Below, in pieces: positions 61,226 to 64,000 of a stretch of DNA of 64,000 nt. Source of the stretch: Macrostomum hystrix (taxonomy: Eukaryota > Animalia > Platyhelminthes). Under the pieces are notes generated by a model. That model was not told the origin of the DNA and did not search any database. It worked only from the letters and a program-made list of their open reading frames with translations. A program made the translations under genes and the position numbers. The first letter of the stretch is position 1; each line of letters opens with the position of its first letter. Location of the stretch: positions 9,920,001-9,984,000 of the forward strand of contig CATNEN010000003.1 in the NCBI GenBank assembly GCA_950097015.1. Reading direction: 5' to 3'.

Positions 61226-61975
61226 CTAGAAAGGTGACAAGCACTTGCACAGGCCGACACGACTTGAGTCCGTTCTGGCCGAGTCTCCAAGAGAACTGCG
61301 GGCAAAAGTCACGTCTTCAAGGCGATTTCTATTGTCCGGTTCATTTGCACCCCACAGGCTGCTGTCGACGGTGCCGTTGCAGGAGACCCAGTGCCAGCCG
61401 CCTGACGGCTCCGCACTGCCTGGAGGCTGGAGGCCGCCCAGCCACAGCGAGACTCCTGCCGCGGTCGTGCTGTAAATGAGTCCGATGTGAGACATCTCAC
61501 TGCTACTCGTCACGTCGGCGAAGATCACAAGACCGCTCTCGGACTCGCACCTCTGCCTCTGAACTGGCCAGGTGCCAGTTGGCTGCACCTTGTACTTCAC
61601 GCCGCACAGGTCGTCTCCGTAGCCAGTCGGACACAGCTGGCCAGCCTCGAGTCCCGGCTGCTGCTTCACAAACACTTGGCCTCTCCTGGAGCAGCTGCAG
61701 TCCCTCACCGACTTGCTGCACTTGTCGAACACGAACAGCTGACACGGACCGTCAGCAATGGTGAAGGCCTGGCAGCGCTGCTCCCTGCTGCACAAAATGG
61801 AACACTCGGCAAGCGTCAGCTGGCCACCAACCTTGAGAACAAAGTTCTCACGGATGCAGAGTAATCCGAAGACCTGGTTGAAGCGAGTGCGGCACGATAG
61901 AGCAGCGAATTTTCCAGTCATCAAGAGCAGCACAGAAACCGCACATACAGTGCAAGTCGCAACATATGCTGCCAT
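61226..61975 (-). CDS. Secreted PAN/apple-like + C-type lectin domain protein, copy 3 (about 249 aa)
   Basis: ATG at 61975 (MAAYVATCTVCAVSVLLL); same core; EPD instead of EPN. Confidence 0.86.
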   Translation of the reverse strand: MAAYVATCTVCAVSVLLLMTGKFAALSCRTRFNQVFGLLCIRENFVLKVGGQLTLAECSILCSREQRCQAFTIADGPCQLFVFDKCSKSVRDCSCSRRGQVFVKQQPGLEAGQLCPTGYGDDLCGVKYKVQPTGTWPVQRQRCESESGLVIFADVTSSSEMSHIGLIYSTTAAGVSLWLGGLQPPGSAEPSGGWHWVSCNGTVDSSLWGANEPDNRNRLEDVTFARSSLGDSARTDSSRVGLCKCLSPF

Positions 61976-62580
61976 TTTTGCGACTTGATATTTTTTGATG
62001 GGACTTCTATTTTTTACATTTTTATCTTTTCTAAATTTATGCGAATATCGACTGTAATGCTTTGTTTCTCGATGTAAAGCTTGGCTCTCAGTTTGAATGC
62101 ATCTGATTGGTTGCAAATGGAGAGAAGTTGCTAAAATTGGAATTTTTTTGTGCTGTTTTTATCCTTAAGTTATTAAGCGAAGGTTTTGAGGGTCTGCACG
62201 AAGTTTTCTGAATTCCAGTTTTCTGACTACTGAATTAGAGTCGCATTCATTTAGCGCTCTGTCGTGGAGTAGGCTTAGGATAAGGCTTGCGGATTTTCAT
62301 AGACAGTGTGTGTGCACTTCCTGATTGTCTGGGCCGATTGCTCATTAAGCTCGAGTTGTTGGTATTTGAAGCGCACACACATCTGTGGACGTGTGTACTC
62401 ATTAATGGGTTCTCCGATGAGTACTGATGATGGACAAAAGACCGTCGCCAAATGACGCATCAGTTGCTAATGTTTAGTAAGATTTTTATCAAGTTTAGCA
62501 TGTTACTCGTTCTAAGCTTTGACGGTCGATTGTTAAAAGTATTTAATTTAAAGAAAGAACAACTTTTGATGGAATTGGAG

Positions 62581-62810
62581 TGCATGCGACCGACCCTTCG
62601 CCATGTGTAACGTCGCCAGTGTACGTTTGGCACTCCCCCTCTCTGTGTGCGTGTTTGGGCAGGTGTGCATGGGGGAGTTGTTACGTCAGAGAGAGAGTAG
62701 TTTCAATTCTTAATATATCAGTTAGCTCGGTTGAGCAAAGTTAATTTATACTGCCTTCAATCAATAACCCTCAGAGTTTAGTTTTATTCCTTTGCATGGC
62801 GCCCGAACCA
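62581..62810 (+). mobile_element. Possible decayed LTR with tRNA-Lys primer-binding site
   Basis: TGCA...TGCA-bounded segment of about 216 bp immediately followed by TGGCGCCCGAAC (62797-62808); no second LTR or ORF seen. Confidence 0.35.
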
Positions 62811-63644
62811 AATCACAGTAAAGTCAAGGCAACAGCTATCCAAGGAGATGACTCAATCTAGGCCACTACGAGAGAGTGCAGCTATGGCAACGACGGACGA
62901 TGTGGACATTGTCCCTGGTGGACAACGAAGGACACATTTTTGCGAGGTAAATTGCAAAGGAGACTATTGTTGTGTAATTAAGAGCTAATTAAAAATAACA
63001 CTGTATAGCATTGTACTCTTGTGTCGATGTCAAACAAGCAATACTGTCTTAAAGTGCACGAACTTTTGGAGCTGAACCCAGAACTCTCAGATTTTTATAA
63101 AATGTCATAAAATTAAAGAGGGGGTATATTTAAGATACCCGGCTCGTCTCTGTCTGTAATGCTTAGCAAACATTGTTTCAACATTTTGCATAAAAATAAT
63201 TTTAACCTCCCTCAAGTGCATGTCAAATTTGCTGTAAAAAATACTGAAGGTCTCCGCTTTACCTTCAATCTGTCAGTCATTTGTACTCATTATGTTTTGG
63301 GTCGCGCTTTGGGTCCCAGGATATCGATGATTTTTTCTGCGAAAATGTGCATGCCTAGGATTTGCTCATCCTTAAGCTTTATTTGCCCTCTATCCCAGTT
63401 AAGTTATGGTCATTATGAGTCGTCTCATCGCATCAGATACGGAAAGCTTACCGGTCGCAGGCTACCTCAAGCTTGGTTTTGAACTCAGCCCAGTGAATTT
63501 TTGCATTTCTTGTTAATTTGTTTTTTATTTGCTGCAATGAGTAGTAAAGCCTTACTGTTTTGAATATTAGAAGCCAAGATAAAATACCAGCTAGATAGCT
63601 AGTTGGCATACCCGCATCAAGTGCTTCGAAAGGTCGGGGTACAA

Positions 63645-63740
63645 TTGTTCAGTCCATGGACTGGGAGCGAAATTCATAACCAGTCTCGGGTAAATCTATT
63701 AAACTTAACTTTCAGTTGAACTAAAGCAGTAAGGAATGAA
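63645..63740 (-). mobile_element. SINE family A 3' fragment
   Basis: TTCAGTCCATGGACTG end plus degenerate reverse-complement core. Confidence 0.55.
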
Positions 63741-64000
63741 GTTTCCTGTCCAATGCTCTCGCAAAGCTTAAAAAGCGGAGCGGTGAGAAGAAAATGCGCC
63801 GCTGACACACAGAGCCACAGGCAGTGCGGCTCCGAGCAAGTCGAGACGTCCGCATATCAGTATGACGGGCTGATGTAGCCCAGATTAAGGAAATCCATCA
63901 TCTCAAGATAGTGGCTGTTCAGCGTAGCCAGTGGCTGGCAGACAAATCTCGTGGTCGCTGTATTTGCTTTATCAATTAGCCCGGGAGTACTCACAACAAC

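Noticed and set aside
61976-62116. 47-aa N-terminal extension of lectin copy 3 in the ORF track
   Set aside because: Begins at a non-ATG codon; the ATG at 61975 precedes the signal peptide and matches paralogue length

Overview
Eukaryotic (metazoan) genomic DNA with GT-AG introns. Minisatellite density, GC-rich exons in an AT-rich background and poly-Q/poly-A tracts suggest a flatworm such as Macrostomum (inference only). Four spliced genes were reconstructed by hand with frame-consistent splice sites: a rhodopsin-class peptide-type GPCR (-), a ZC3H4/Su(sable)-like CCCH zinc-finger gene (-), YIPF6 (+) and an ankyrin-repeat/SOCS-box gene (+). The right third holds an intronless RING-CH gene and a cluster of three intronless secreted PAN-like + C-type lectin genes plus one relic copy. 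These lectins share a near-identical core but have divergent, mosaic N- and C-termini. The same region has an intact young Ty3/Gypsy LTR retrotransposon (176/177-bp LTRs, 4-bp TSD, tRNA-Leu PBS, GGGAAAC slippery site plus pseudoknot) and a 5'-truncated RTE-like LINE nested with a 10-bp TSD inside an older LINE. Three tRNA-derived SINE families and about 18 different minisatellite arrays (roughly 13-14 kb, about a fifth of the window) are scattered throughout. No CRISPR array or bona fide tRNA/rRNA gene was found.
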